NCBI GenBank assembly: GCA_000743035.1
Contig: CP008940.1
Coordinates: 33,131 to 65,130, forward strand
DNA from: Candidatus Paracaedimonas acanthamoebae
GTDB lineage: Bacteria > Pseudomonadota > Alphaproteobacteria > Caedimonadales > Caedimonadaceae
Direction: 5' to 3'
DNA: 32,000 nucleotides
Shown here piece after piece: positions 21,977-31,502 of this stretch (position 1 is its first letter; the number at the start of each line of letters is the position of its first letter). The notes beneath the pieces were generated by a model, which was not told where the DNA came from, did no database searches, and saw nothing but the letters and a program-made list of their open reading frames with translations. The position numbers and the translations under genes were made by a program.

Positions 21977-24900
21977 ATGGCTATCTATTATGCAGACACA
22001 AGTTACATCTCAAGAAATGGAGCAGGTTCCGTCTGCTCACATTCTGCGTATATATCTGCTTCAATTGCTCATGATCAACGTACAGGAATGACCTGGGATT
22101 ATTCTGGAAAAGCCCAAGAACTCTTAGCCACAAATATTATTGCACCAGAGGGGTCACCTGAGTGGGTATATGATCATGAAACTCTCTGGAATCGAGTTGA
22201 AGAGTTTGAAGATTATATTGCTGATAAAAGATACAAAGGACACAAAGATGAAGTTAAAAATGCCAAAAGCCTTGCTGCAAAAGAGAAGTTTTTAAAGACC
22301 TGTAAGACAGGGTACAAGCTTACTTTTGCTCTTCCTTTAGAGATCACAAATAAAGAACATCTCATAGAGCTTTCAGAGCGCCTTGTTAAGGAATGTTATG
22401 TCGCTCATGGCCTTGTTACTCAGTATGCCATTCATGATAAAAAGGGAAATCCTCACCTTCATATTTTGGCGACCACAAGGCCTCTTGTTGATGAAGTTTT
22501 CTCAGAAAAAAGACATGTTATTGAAAAGCCGCAGCTTAAAATATTGCGTTCCCAGCTTGCCAAAATCTCTAATCAATTTGCTCAAGAAAAAGGATATGAC
22601 TACCACCTTGATCCCCGTTCTTACGAAGACCAAGGGCTTAAAGTTGTCCCCACAAAAAAGATTGGGCCTCATGGGTTTCATAAGCTTCAAGAACGCTCTT
22701 ACAAAGTTCAAGAAAATGAAGAAATCCGCCACCAAAATATTGAGATTTTTCTCAAGCATCCTGAAGAACTTATCAAGATTGTGGCCTCTCAAAAAGCTGT
22801 ATTTACTCAAGTTGATTTAGCCAAAGAGATCTTTAAACGCGTTGCGGGAGACGAGAAACTTTATGCTGTTTTAAAGGCTAAAGTGGATGGAATTGATCTC
22901 CCTAAAGCTGCTATTATTGGTAAAACACTCAATGATAACCTTCTTTATGAGAGCAAGAGTCTTCAGTTTAACACTCACGATTACAGCCGCACGATTGATC
23001 GTTTTACAGCTCAGCTTTTGTCTCAACACACGGCACTTTATTTAGGTGAAAATGTTAAAGGTCAAACCTTTTACACTTCTCAAGAAATGAAAGATCTTGA
23101 GACTACAATTGCTCAAACTGTGGATCTTTTGAAGCAAAGAAAAATGCCTCAAATTTCTGAAAAACATACAAGCAACTCCATTGAAAAGGTTCAAAAACAA
23201 GAAGGTCTCACTTTTACTCAAGAACAAAGAGAAGCCATAGATCATCTTCTTATCCCGCAAGCGATTTCTGTGCTGACAGGCAAAGCTGGGACAGGAAAGA
23301 GTACTGTCCTTAAGCCTGTGGTGGACGCTTATCAGAAAACCGGGATGACAGTCATTGGCGTTGCCTTCCAAGGAAAGGTGGCTGATCAACTGTCTTATGA
23401 ATTAGGGATTGAAGGCTATACGCTTGATCAGCTGAAGAAGAGGTGGAGTAAGCAAGACAACTTAAAAAGGCTGATTGAAAACAAAGAGCTTAAAGGCCAA
23501 GCTTTGGCCAAAGCTAAAGCAGAAGTTAAGCGTCTTCAAGAATGGCGATTCTCAAAAAAGCATGTAGTCATCCTTGATGAAGGAAGTATGGTGAGCGGCT
23601 CTTTGTGGAGCAGGTTACTTCAAGAAGTTGAGAGATCAGGCGCTCAGCTTCGCATTGTTCAAGATAATAAGCAGATTAAAGCACTTGAGGGGTTGGATGC
23701 GACAAGACTGGTTGAAGAGAAGGTAGGCGCTTATGAGATCCAAGGCGTTGTACGTCAACGCGAGAAGTGGATGCGAGAAGCTTCAGCGCTATTGAATGAG
23801 CACAGTATTGAAGAAGGATTAAAGCCTTATGATGAAAAAGGTCACTTTGATTATAGAGAAACAGATTACGGGGCTAAGATCTCTCTTGTGGCAGATTACT
23901 TAGAAGGACTTGAGAAGAATCCTCACCAAACTCATATGGCGATAGCGCAGAAGAATAAGGATGTTATCGCACTCAATGAGTTGATAAGAGGTGCTTTGAG
24001 CAGCCAAGGTAAACTTGGTAGCCAAGAGTTTGTTTTTGGTCAAAAAGGACAAGGCATTTTTGAAAGTCGTCAAGATGTAGGCAGCCTTCAAAGTCAGTAT
24101 TCTACAAAATCAGCTCAGGGGCGGAGATTTGCTGTTGGAGATCGGGTGATGTTCCTCTCCAATGATCATAAAGGATGGCATGTTAAAACTTTAGAAAAGG
24201 GGAAGAGCGAAAAGCAAGGGGTTAAGAATGGCACATTAGGAGTCTTAGAGGCTTTTGACCTTAAGCGACAAACCGTGGAGATCCGACTTCCTGATGGAAG
24301 ATTAGTGGGATTTGATACTAAAGGGTATGACGACGCCTTAACTCATGGCTATGCAGTGACCATCAATAAATCTCAAGGTGCTACCTTTGATCATTCTTAT
24401 GGGTTGTTCAGCTCTTTTAATGCCAATCAGCTTTTAATTTGGTTAACTCGTCATAAAGAAAGCTTTAAGGGGTACGTTTCTAAAGGAATTGCTTCTGATC
24501 TTAAAGGAATGGTCAGTCATGTGGCCCGTGCTGATTATAAGGGCTTAAGTACAGATTATGATCTTCCTGACCATCAAAAACCTTACTTTAATCTTGTGCA
24601 GCAGTATTGGAAGATCTCTCAAGAGGCTGGAAATTTAAGGGTACGCATTGAAGAGATCAGCCACCAAGCAGAGAAAGCCGGAAAAGAGGTTTCTTTGGCT
24701 GATCAGTGGGAGCAGTATAAGTCTCTTATTGAAGCTCGCAATCAAGGTGCGAAAGGTATTCTTAAAGAGTGGCCTCAATGTTCTTCTTTTCTTCAACAAA
24801 CAGGGGTAAGACGAGAGGTCCTTGAAGTTCAAGCAGGATTGAAGCAACGGTTATTAAGTTCTGCTGAAGAAGCATCCCTTGAGAAGGTTGAGGTTTATTT

Positions 24901-27900
24901 TAAGGTAGCAGACCAAGTAAGAGATTTTTGGAAAGACATCTCTCAAACGCATCCAGGGTCCTTATCTTATGAGCATCCTGAATATAATGACTATGCCAAA
25001 GTAAAAGAAATAAGGAATGAGATGGCTTATGAGATGGCTAGTTTCCCTCAACTGTATAAGCCTTTCTTTAAAGTTCAAGAACAGGGGGAATCTTATGTCA
25101 CTTATAGTGGCACTCTTTATGAGCAAAGGCCTCAAAGCTTTAAAGCTGTTTTGGCTCAAGCAGAGCAGTATATAGCTTTCAAGCGTGTAGAAAGATATGA
25201 ATCTACGCTAACGTTCCACGAACGTACAGCTTACAAACAGGTTCAAGATTATAGATCTTTCCATCACATGAGCGTTGCCGCCTATAAGCAGCTCCCTGAG
25301 CTTGAGAAGATTGCTGCCTCACCTGCTGTGGTTGAAGCGCATCAGCAGAAGATGAAAGAGTTTGCAGGTCACCGAGATAAGCTGGCTTATGATCTCCTCT
25401 CCAATTATGACCAAGCCTCTCCCTTTATTGAGAAGTTAGGGCTTAAAGAAGAGATGCTCTTAAAGCATGCAGTTTTTGGAGAAGTCAGAGGTATTGTTGA
25501 AGCCTATAAGACAGCTGACACCTTAGAGGCAAGAGTACAGATGGCGGATAAGTTGGTCTCTTTTGTCTTTAAAGAAGAGGGGGGTGTTGATAAGCCGCTT
25601 TATGGCCTTCTCAAAGAGCAAGGGGTTGATCTTCAAAAGCTCAAGTTTGAGCAAGGATGTCTTAAAGCGCAACAGCAAGGTAAAGATTTATCCATCCATA
25701 ATTTGGATGAGCTTGATCAGGTGTATACTGACCTTTCCACCTATCGCTCCCTTCATCAAGAGGTGGCCAAAGAATGGGAGATTATTAAAACGTCTGCGAC
25801 TCAAAAGGTTACTGAAGTTCAAGAGCAGCAAATTAAAACACTTAATCTCTTGGAGACCACTAACAAGCTTGAGCGATCCCACCTTGAGGAAGAAGCTATT
25901 TCTGCCCTTAAGCTCAAAGCCTCAAATACACAAACGCTTGCTTATATTAATAACCATATCCGCCTCACTGTAAATGGGGTAGAGAACTGGTCAGATCTTA
26001 AAGAAGAGGTTCAAGGCCGTCAGCTTGAGTTGGATCAGTTTCATACTTCTCTTCAAAAAGGAAGAAGTGGCTATGTTGAGATTTATACAAGAGGGGGACA
26101 AACTAGTTCTTGGAGTTCATTAAGAACACAAAAGCTTGAAAAAGCTAAGTCCTTAATGAGGACCTATTCTAACGTTCACCATTCTTTGCCTCACCACGAA
26201 TATGATCGCCTTTTTAAAGAAGCGCATGCCCAAGAAATGACAGAGCAGGTCAGACACTTTAAGCAAGCTTCTCCTCAAGAAAAGCCAAAGCTAGCTCAAG
26301 AGATTCAAGAGTGGCTTTCTTTGGAGCAAGATGAACGTCTTACTTACACTTTAACAGCCCTCAAGCAAGAAAAAGTTTCTGTTGAGACTCTTCATCTTTA
26401 TGAAAAGATCTTAGCTTTACCTCTCGAAAAACAAGGCGACGTCTCTCTTCTATTAGAGGGATATAGTGAGGCCAAGCAAAGATTCTCCGATATCTGGCAA
26501 GGATATTCTGAGCAAGCAGACCTTAAATTGGCAGGTGAAAAGGTTGCCTATCAAGAACACGTCCTTGCACTTGAAGCTCAGCTTCATGCTAAGAATGCCA
26601 AATATAATCCACACTTGTTTGTTGAGCGAACGATTCAAAGAACAACTCACGCTCTTAAAAAAGCAAAATTGACCTCTCAAGACTGGACATCCTTTGAGAA
26701 AGAAAGAGATGGTCAAAATGCCGCCAAAGAGGCTCTTGAACATAAAGTTCAGATTTGGATAGAAAAAGGAGCTCAAACCTATGGATGGAATTTAAATACC
26801 CCAGAACAAGGGAGTGTTCAAAAAGAGATTATCTCTCTTGCCCTGAAACAAAATGATTTGTTCGAGAAAAAGCTTAATGAAATTAATCAAATTATTAAGT
26901 CAGAAAATCAAGAAATTCCACGTCTTGCTATCGCCGCAGGTAAAAGGAATAAGGCTGCTTTTGATCTAATCCAAGGGGGATTTGTCTCTCAAAATCAAGA
27001 AGTATTCGACCCCTCTTTAAGACAAGTGAAAGATCAAGCTTTACGGTATGCGTGCTCAAGTTATCGCCTTCAAAAGATTCATGAGAGAGATCCTGAGAAG
27101 TTTAAAGATCACGCTGTTGTTTTGTTCTTAAAAGACCAGTTGAGCTTGGGAGATGAAAAGGTACAAGGGCGCATTCAAAAGGCTTTAGATAAAGCTGGAC
27201 TGACCTTGGATGGGCACCTCATTGAGCAGGACGAGAGAAGGCTTATCCCTGGCAAGAGTCAAGCAGAGCTTTCTTATCGAGAAGAGCGTGAGGCTGAGAG
27301 ATACACAGAAAAGAAAGGGCACCCTCTCCCCAAAGCTTATAAAACACCTCTTTATGATAAAGAAGATGTCCTCTCAAGCCTTACAAAATCACACATTGAA
27401 GAGATATTTGCGCGTCATATTGACCTGTGGGTGACGAATCCTAAGCCTACTTACCGCTCTCATGAAATAAGATATGGCTCTAAAGGAGGATTTGTCATCT
27501 ATCGGGATCAAAGCACCTGGAGTAACTTTAAAACGGGTGAAGGTGGGGACATCTTTAATTATGTGAGCAAATCACTTAACATTTCTTATAAAGACGCCAT
27601 TAAGCAGATAGGAGAAGAGATTAATGCCCCTCAATTGATATCCATCAATTGGGAAGAAAGAGCACAAAAGCATAATGAGCTTAAACTCCAAGCTGAGATA
27701 GAAGAAAAGGCTAAAATTGAGAAGTCACAAGCCACTACAAAAAATCTTTATGATACTTCACACCCCATTCAAGGAACGCTTGCCGAGCAGTACTTAAGAG
27801 AACACCGTAAAATTGAGACTGCCAAGCTGCCTCAAGATTTAAGGTTTATTCCTGAATTTAGAGACTATGATTCTCAAATGAGCTATCCAGCCTTAGTAGC

Positions 27901-29074
27901 TTTTGCAAGAGATGCTGGAGGAAAGCTGACCTCAGCTCAAGTGACATGCTTAGACCCTGATACAGCTCATAAGGCCGATATTGACGTTAAAAAGCGCTCT
28001 GTAGGGTCTATTAAAGGCACGGCTGTTGAGATTCAATCAAAGGAAGGTCCTACTTATGTTGCAGAAGGAGTAGAAACAGCACTTTCCTTGAAAGAGGCAG
28101 GAGCGAATGGTAGAATTCTTGTATCATTAGGCCTTTCCAACATGCGCAATGTAGGAAGCCATATTAAAGACAAGGGTCAGCCTGTTATCTTATGTTGTGA
28201 TGCAGATGAGGTAGGCTCTCCAGCTTGGAAATCATCCGAGCAAAATCTAAAGAAACTTCAAGAAGAGGGGTTCAAAGCCTCTATTATTAGACCACAAGGA
28301 GGAAATGGCCGTGACTTTAATGATATTCTTCAAGAAGAAGGGATTGCTGCTGTTCAAAGCGCTCTTAAGGATGTTGCTTTATTCAAAGAGAGACTCTCCC
28401 AAAAGGAAACCCTATTTCCACAACACACTCCTCTCCACGCCTCTGAAACAGAAATTATTTCTCCTGAATTGGGCAAGTCAGCAGAGACTCAGGAAGAAAT
28501 AAAATCCCCCTATGATAAACTTAATTTCTTAGAGCTTTTCCTAGAATGTAAAGACAAGCTCCAAAAATTACCTTCCTTTATTGAAGCAAATAAGGATGAA
28601 AAACCGCTTGTTATGGAATTAAATCAACAAGAGAGATACCATGCCCATCAAATTTGGAAGAATGAAAGCTTGAAACATGAAGCATACGTCTTAGGACTTG
28701 AAGAAGAAATCAAGAAGAAAGCTCGTTTTTATCAATATGATTTAGCATGGAGTGTCAATTATCAAGAGAGCAAACAAGATCTATCTTCTCAAGAAAAAGA
28801 TAATCATAACGCTTTAGAGCATTATTTGATGTGCAAAGAGAAGCTACAGCAGCTTCCCAATTTTATTGAAGCTCAAGGAGACGAAAAGTCTCACGTCATG
28901 AGCTTAAATCAGGAAGCTCGAAAACATGCTTATGATGTATGGAATGATAAGGGCTTAAAACAAAAGGCTCAAAGTTTAGGGCTTGAAGAGGAAATAAAAA
29001 AGAAAGCCCAAATCCATCAAGAAGGTCTTGAGAAAAACATTAAATATAATGCTTGTTTTAAACAAAGCTGGTAG
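21977..29074 (+). CDS. traA: Giant TraA: MobA/MobL relaxase + RecD/TraA-type helicase + ~950-aa helical region + Toprim primase + two C-terminal repeats
   Basis: Relaxase: MAIYYADTSYISRNGAGSVCSHSAYIS (Tyr25) and HDKKGNPHLH (22433..22462). Helicase (~23189..24481): LTGKAGTGKST, VVILDEGSMV, HGYAVTINKSQGATFD. Primase-like (~27391..28384): GGDIFNYV...YKDAI, YVAEGVETALSL, ILCCDADEVG, GRDFNDIL. Confidence 0.9.
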   Translation: MAIYYADTSYISRNGAGSVCSHSAYISASIAHDQRTGMTWDYSGKAQELLATNIIAPEGSPEWVYDHETLWNRVEEFEDYIADKRYKGHKDEVKNAKSLAAKEKFLKTCKTGYKLTFALPLEITNKEHLIELSERLVKECYVAHGLVTQYAIHDKKGNPHLHILATTRPLVDEVFSEKRHVIEKPQLKILRSQLAKISNQFAQEKGYDYHLDPRSYEDQGLKVVPTKKIGPHGFHKLQERSYKVQENEEIRHQNIEIFLKHPEELIKIVASQKAVFTQVDLAKEIFKRVAGDEKLYAVLKAKVDGIDLPKAAIIGKTLNDNLLYESKSLQFNTHDYSRTIDRFTAQLLSQHTALYLGENVKGQTFYTSQEMKDLETTIAQTVDLLKQRKMPQISEKHTSNSIEKVQKQEGLTFTQEQREAIDHLLIPQAISVLTGKAGTGKSTVLKPVVDAYQKTGMTVIGVAFQGKVADQLSYELGIEGYTLDQLKKRWSKQDNLKRLIENKELKGQALAKAKAEVKRLQEWRFSKKHVVILDEGSMVSGSLWSRLLQEVERSGAQLRIVQDNKQIKALEGLDATRLVEEKVGAYEIQGVVRQREKWMREASALLNEHSIEEGLKPYDEKGHFDYRETDYGAKISLVADYLEGLEKNPHQTHMAIAQKNKDVIALNELIRGALSSQGKLGSQEFVFGQKGQGIFESRQDVGSLQSQYSTKSAQGRRFAVGDRVMFLSNDHKGWHVKTLEKGKSEKQGVKNGTLGVLEAFDLKRQTVEIRLPDGRLVGFDTKGYDDALTHGYAVTINKSQGATFDHSYGLFSSFNANQLLIWLTRHKESFKGYVSKGIASDLKGMVSHVARADYKGLSTDYDLPDHQKPYFNLVQQYWKISQEAGNLRVRIEEISHQAEKAGKEVSLADQWEQYKSLIEARNQGAKGILKEWPQCSSFLQQTGVRREVLEVQAGLKQRLLSSAEEASLEKVEVYFKVADQVRDFWKDISQTHPGSLSYEHPEYNDYAKVKEIRNEMAYEMASFPQLYKPFFKVQEQGESYVTYSGTLYEQRPQSFKAVLAQAEQYIAFKRVERYESTLTFHERTAYKQVQDYRSFHHMSVAAYKQLPELEKIAASPAVVEAHQQKMKEFAGHRDKLAYDLLSNYDQASPFIEKLGLKEEMLLKHAVFGEVRGIVEAYKTADTLEARVQMADKLVSFVFKEEGGVDKPLYGLLKEQGVDLQKLKFEQGCLKAQQQGKDLSIHNLDELDQVYTDLSTYRSLHQEVAKEWEIIKTSATQKVTEVQEQQIKTLNLLETTNKLERSHLEEEAISALKLKASNTQTLAYINNHIRLTVNGVENWSDLKEEVQGRQLELDQFHTSLQKGRSGYVEIYTRGGQTSSWSSLRTQKLEKAKSLMRTYSNVHHSLPHHEYDRLFKEAHAQEMTEQVRHFKQASPQEKPKLAQEIQEWLSLEQDERLTYTLTALKQEKVSVETLHLYEKILALPLEKQGDVSLLLEGYSEAKQRFSDIWQGYSEQADLKLAGEKVAYQEHVLALEAQLHAKNAKYNPHLFVERTIQRTTHALKKAKLTSQDWTSFEKERDGQNAAKEALEHKVQIWIEKGAQTYGWNLNTPEQGSVQKEIISLALKQNDLFEKKLNEINQIIKSENQEIPRLAIAAGKRNKAAFDLIQGGFVSQNQEVFDPSLRQVKDQALRYACSSYRLQKIHERDPEKFKDHAVVLFLKDQLSLGDEKVQGRIQKALDKAGLTLDGHLIEQDERRLIPGKSQAELSYREEREAERYTEKKGHPLPKAYKTPLYDKEDVLSSLTKSHIEEIFARHIDLWVTNPKPTYRSHEIRYGSKGGFVIYRDQSTWSNFKTGEGGDIFNYVSKSLNISYKDAIKQIGEEINAPQLISINWEERAQKHNELKLQAEIEEKAKIEKSQATTKNLYDTSHPIQGTLAEQYLREHRKIETAKLPQDLRFIPEFRDYDSQMSYPALVAFARDAGGKLTSAQVTCLDPDTAHKADIDVKKRSVGSIKGTAVEIQSKEGPTYVAEGVETALSLKEAGANGRILVSLGLSNMRNVGSHIKDKGQPVILCCDADEVGSPAWKSSEQNLKKLQEEGFKASIIRPQGGNGRDFNDILQEEGIAAVQSALKDVALFKERLSQKETLFPQHTPLHASETEIISPELGKSAETQEEIKSPYDKLNFLELFLECKDKLQKLPSFIEANKDEKPLVMELNQQERYHAHQIWKNESLKHEAYVLGLEEEIKKKARFYQYDLAWSVNYQESKQDLSSQEKDNHNALEHYLMCKEKLQQLPNFIEAQGDEKSHVMSLNQEARKHAYDVWNDKGLKQKAQSLGLEEEIKKKAQIHQEGLEKNIKYNACFKQSW
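28511..29008 (+). repeat. Two ~70-aa tandem repeats at the TraA C-terminus (28511..28724 and 28805..29008)
   Basis: LELFLECKDKLQKLPSFIEANKDEKPLVMELNQQERYHAHQIWKNESLKHEAYVLGLEEEIKKKA versus LEHYLMCKEKLQQLPNFIEAQGDEKSHVMSLNQEARKHAYDVWNDKGLKQKAQSLGLEEEIKKKA. Confidence 0.85.
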
Positions 29075-29167
29075 CCAAATTCACATTAACTTTTTAAGCC
29101 CAAAGCAGATAGTATTTTTGAGGAAGGTTCTAAAAAAGTAATGATAAGAATATGAGATAAAACACCT

Positions 29168-29485
29168 TTAAAGATTTTTTTTATCTAAGCTTGCTTTTAC
29201 GGCTTTGTCTAAAAACGCATTATGTAATTCAACATAAGTACGAATATTTTCATCAGTTGGATTTGCCATAGCTTCTATTCTTGCAGTTTCTGCTTGTTTT
29301 CCTAGTTCTTGAGGAGACCCTTCAAATCGGGGTTTATGTTGCAATTTGTTATATTCATTCTGAGCAATAGCTAATTTCTCTGGAAAATTACTTTCCATAA
29401 CTTTTTTGATTTCATCCTCATAAGATGAAGTAATACCTTGAGATGAAAGTAAAAAGCTTGCTAAAAAGAAGGATACTTTATTCAT
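29168..29485 (-). CDS. Small secreted protein, weakly resembling the N-terminal part of F-type TraF
   Basis: RBS AAGGAAATAATC before the ATG. Signal-like MNKVSFFLASFLLSSQG. AETARIEAMANPTDENIRTYVELHNAFLDKA recalls the ..EA....P...(D/E)N...Y..L.N.. block near the TraF N-terminus. No thioredoxin-like part follows. Confidence 0.45.
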   Translation of the reverse strand: MNKVSFFLASFLLSSQGITSSYEDEIKKVMESNFPEKLAIAQNEYNKLQHKPRFEGSPQELGKQAETARIEAMANPTDENIRTYVELHNAFLDKAVKASLDKKNL

Positions 29486-29573
29486 GATTATTTCCTTATA
29501 TGAAGTTAGGGTATACTTCCTATTCCCTACTAAAGGACACAGATATAATATAATAAGAATGCCTTTACATCAA

Positions 29574-31499
29574 TTAGGATTCTAAAGGATTAGGATCATA
29601 TTTTCCTTTCCACTCAGGGTGCTGGTAGTACTTTATCTTTTTAAAAACCATGGGGCGAATTCCTTTACAGAACGCAAGAACAGTATCTTCATTCATAAAC
29701 CGAACCTCATCAGGTGTTAAAATAGCCCTTCCCTGGTAAGATTGAGACTCTCCTTGATTCTCTGAACTTTTTGTAGATCTCAATTCTCCTTTTTGCTGGC
29801 TTTCACTCTTATTCCTCGAAAAAGATTCTATCGTTGATTGACCTAAGAGTTTTGAGACATATTCTGATCCTTTTAAGTCGTTCACCCCAAAGAAAACTAA
29901 TAAATGACTTGATAAAAAAGTCTCCCATTTCGTGGAATACAAACTTTGAATCAGCTCAAGAGTTTGAGTAACAGCTAAAATTTTAACGCCATATCCTCTC
30001 CCTACAATAAGAGCATCCTCAATTTTTTGTATATAGCCTAAAAGAGACATTTCATCGAGAACCATTAATACAGGCTTTTTAGACTTGTTCTCATGGCGTT
30101 GTGCAACATTGAAGACGATAGAAATAATCAGGCGAATGATCCGTCCATAAGAATCTAACTTATCCACGGGGATACATAAATAAAGATCTGCTCGATTTTG
30201 AATCAACTTATTAAGGTCAATCGTTGTCTTTGCTGTAATTTTTTGCATTAAAGGACTATCAAAAAAGGCAAGTTCATTTTTAACAGTATTTAAAATTCCT
30301 GAAATCTCTTCTAACGCTGTTGTTAAAAGAGAAGCCGCAATACGAGAAGGAACACCATAAGCAAGATTATCTTGAGATTCTATTTGCGTCAATGTCTCAC
30401 GAAAAGCTGATTGTGATTGGCATGTAAGTTTATAGACTTGAAACAATGTCTTTTCTTCACGAGAAATAAATTCAGAGCAGACGACATATAGAATTAATCC
30501 TTGGATCGTAGCTCTTGCTCTTTCATAAAAGTGAGTTTCTTTACTCTTAATGGAAGAAGGTATAGGCACTAGCAGAGAGGCGATCATAGCAGCATCATCA
30601 ACAACTTCTTCTGAGTTAGGGTCTAAGTGATCTAGGATATTAATGCATCCTGATTCCTGTCCTGTCTTCTTGAAAGGATCAAGGACATAGACCTCTCGCC
30701 CTAATGATCGGCGATGTCGAGCGGTTACATGAAAGTTCTCTACTGCCTTTACATCAGTCACCAAGACAGGGCCATCATAATCAAGAAGAGTTGGGATAAT
30801 AATTCCTACTCCCTTGCCAGCTCCACTAGGGGCGACTAATACCATATGATGAGGATTAAGCTTGATAATTTCTTGACTGGCGTGACCCACCACTTGTTTT
30901 CTTAACTGATCAATATCTGTTGAAAGCTCGCCTTTAATCAGACATCCAATAGGAATCCCCTCTTCATGGTGAAGAGCCTTAATTTCTTGCGAAGTTGCAA
31001 ACCTGGCTGATCCATGGCTGCTTTCTTGCTTCACTTTCTTTTGGTGCGTTAAGCCATACTTTATCAAGTGCGAAATAATAAAAAGAGAACTTAAAAGAGA
31101 GCTTGAGGCAATCAAAGGCCATAGGGGTTCAAGTCTTTCAACAAAATTGAATACTTCAAGAATGTTGCGCGGCAAAATAGGCACCACAACTTGCATTGCA
31201 ACAGAATAAGTAAAGGTGACGCCAAACCCTAATGAACACAAAAGGCCTAAAATAACAGGCCCTAAAGAGCCTCTCTCTGTCCGATAAAGCCCAAAGGCAA
31301 TCAAAGTAAGAAAGCCTGGCAAGAGGCATAAAAAGGCGTAAGCCTCATAAAACCCGAAGAGCATGTCAAGCCAAGGCCGCATATAAAGGATGATCGGCAC
31401 ACACAAAAGCGTCCAACTATGCCTTACGATCCCTTTAAGAGGTAATTTCTCAAGGCCCGTGTGCCCTATTCTTTTAAGATCGAAAAACCAATTTTGCAT
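29574..31499 (-). CDS. traG: Type IV secretion coupling protein (TraG/VirD4 family)
   Basis: N-terminal TM segments. Walker A context LVAPSGAGKGVGIIIPTLLDYDGPVLVTDVK. Walker B PVLMVLDEMSLLG, followed by GRGYGVKILAVTQTLELIQSLY. Confidence 0.9.
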   Translation of the reverse strand: MQNWFFDLKRIGHTGLEKLPLKGIVRHSWTLLCVPIILYMRPWLDMLFGFYEAYAFLCLLPGFLTLIAFGLYRTERGSLGPVILGLLCSLGFGVTFTYSVAMQVVVPILPRNILEVFNFVERLEPLWPLIASSSLLSSLFIISHLIKYGLTHQKKVKQESSHGSARFATSQEIKALHHEEGIPIGCLIKGELSTDIDQLRKQVVGHASQEIIKLNPHHMVLVAPSGAGKGVGIIIPTLLDYDGPVLVTDVKAVENFHVTARHRRSLGREVYVLDPFKKTGQESGCINILDHLDPNSEEVVDDAAMIASLLVPIPSSIKSKETHFYERARATIQGLILYVVCSEFISREEKTLFQVYKLTCQSQSAFRETLTQIESQDNLAYGVPSRIAASLLTTALEEISGILNTVKNELAFFDSPLMQKITAKTTIDLNKLIQNRADLYLCIPVDKLDSYGRIIRLIISIVFNVAQRHENKSKKPVLMVLDEMSLLGYIQKIEDALIVGRGYGVKILAVTQTLELIQSLYSTKWETFLSSHLLVFFGVNDLKGSEYVSKLLGQSTIESFSRNKSESQQKGELRSTKSSENQGESQSYQGRAILTPDEVRFMNEDTVLAFCKGIRPMVFKKIKYYQHPEWKGKYDPNPLES

Positions 31500-31502
31500 A
31501 AT

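Noticed and set aside
22383-28502. Many 60-145-aa ORFs in other frames or antisense within traA (e.g. 22383..22820, 23042..23389, 25563..25973, 26453..26776)
   Set aside because: They are shadow ORFs inside a long, well-supported coding frame. Their products are low-complexity L/K/F/S-rich, with no starts backed by an RBS. The same reasoning applies to short antisense ORFs inside the other confident genes (e.g. 3974..4156, 5403..5597, 15764..15994, 16171..16464, 17928..18128, 19702..20391).
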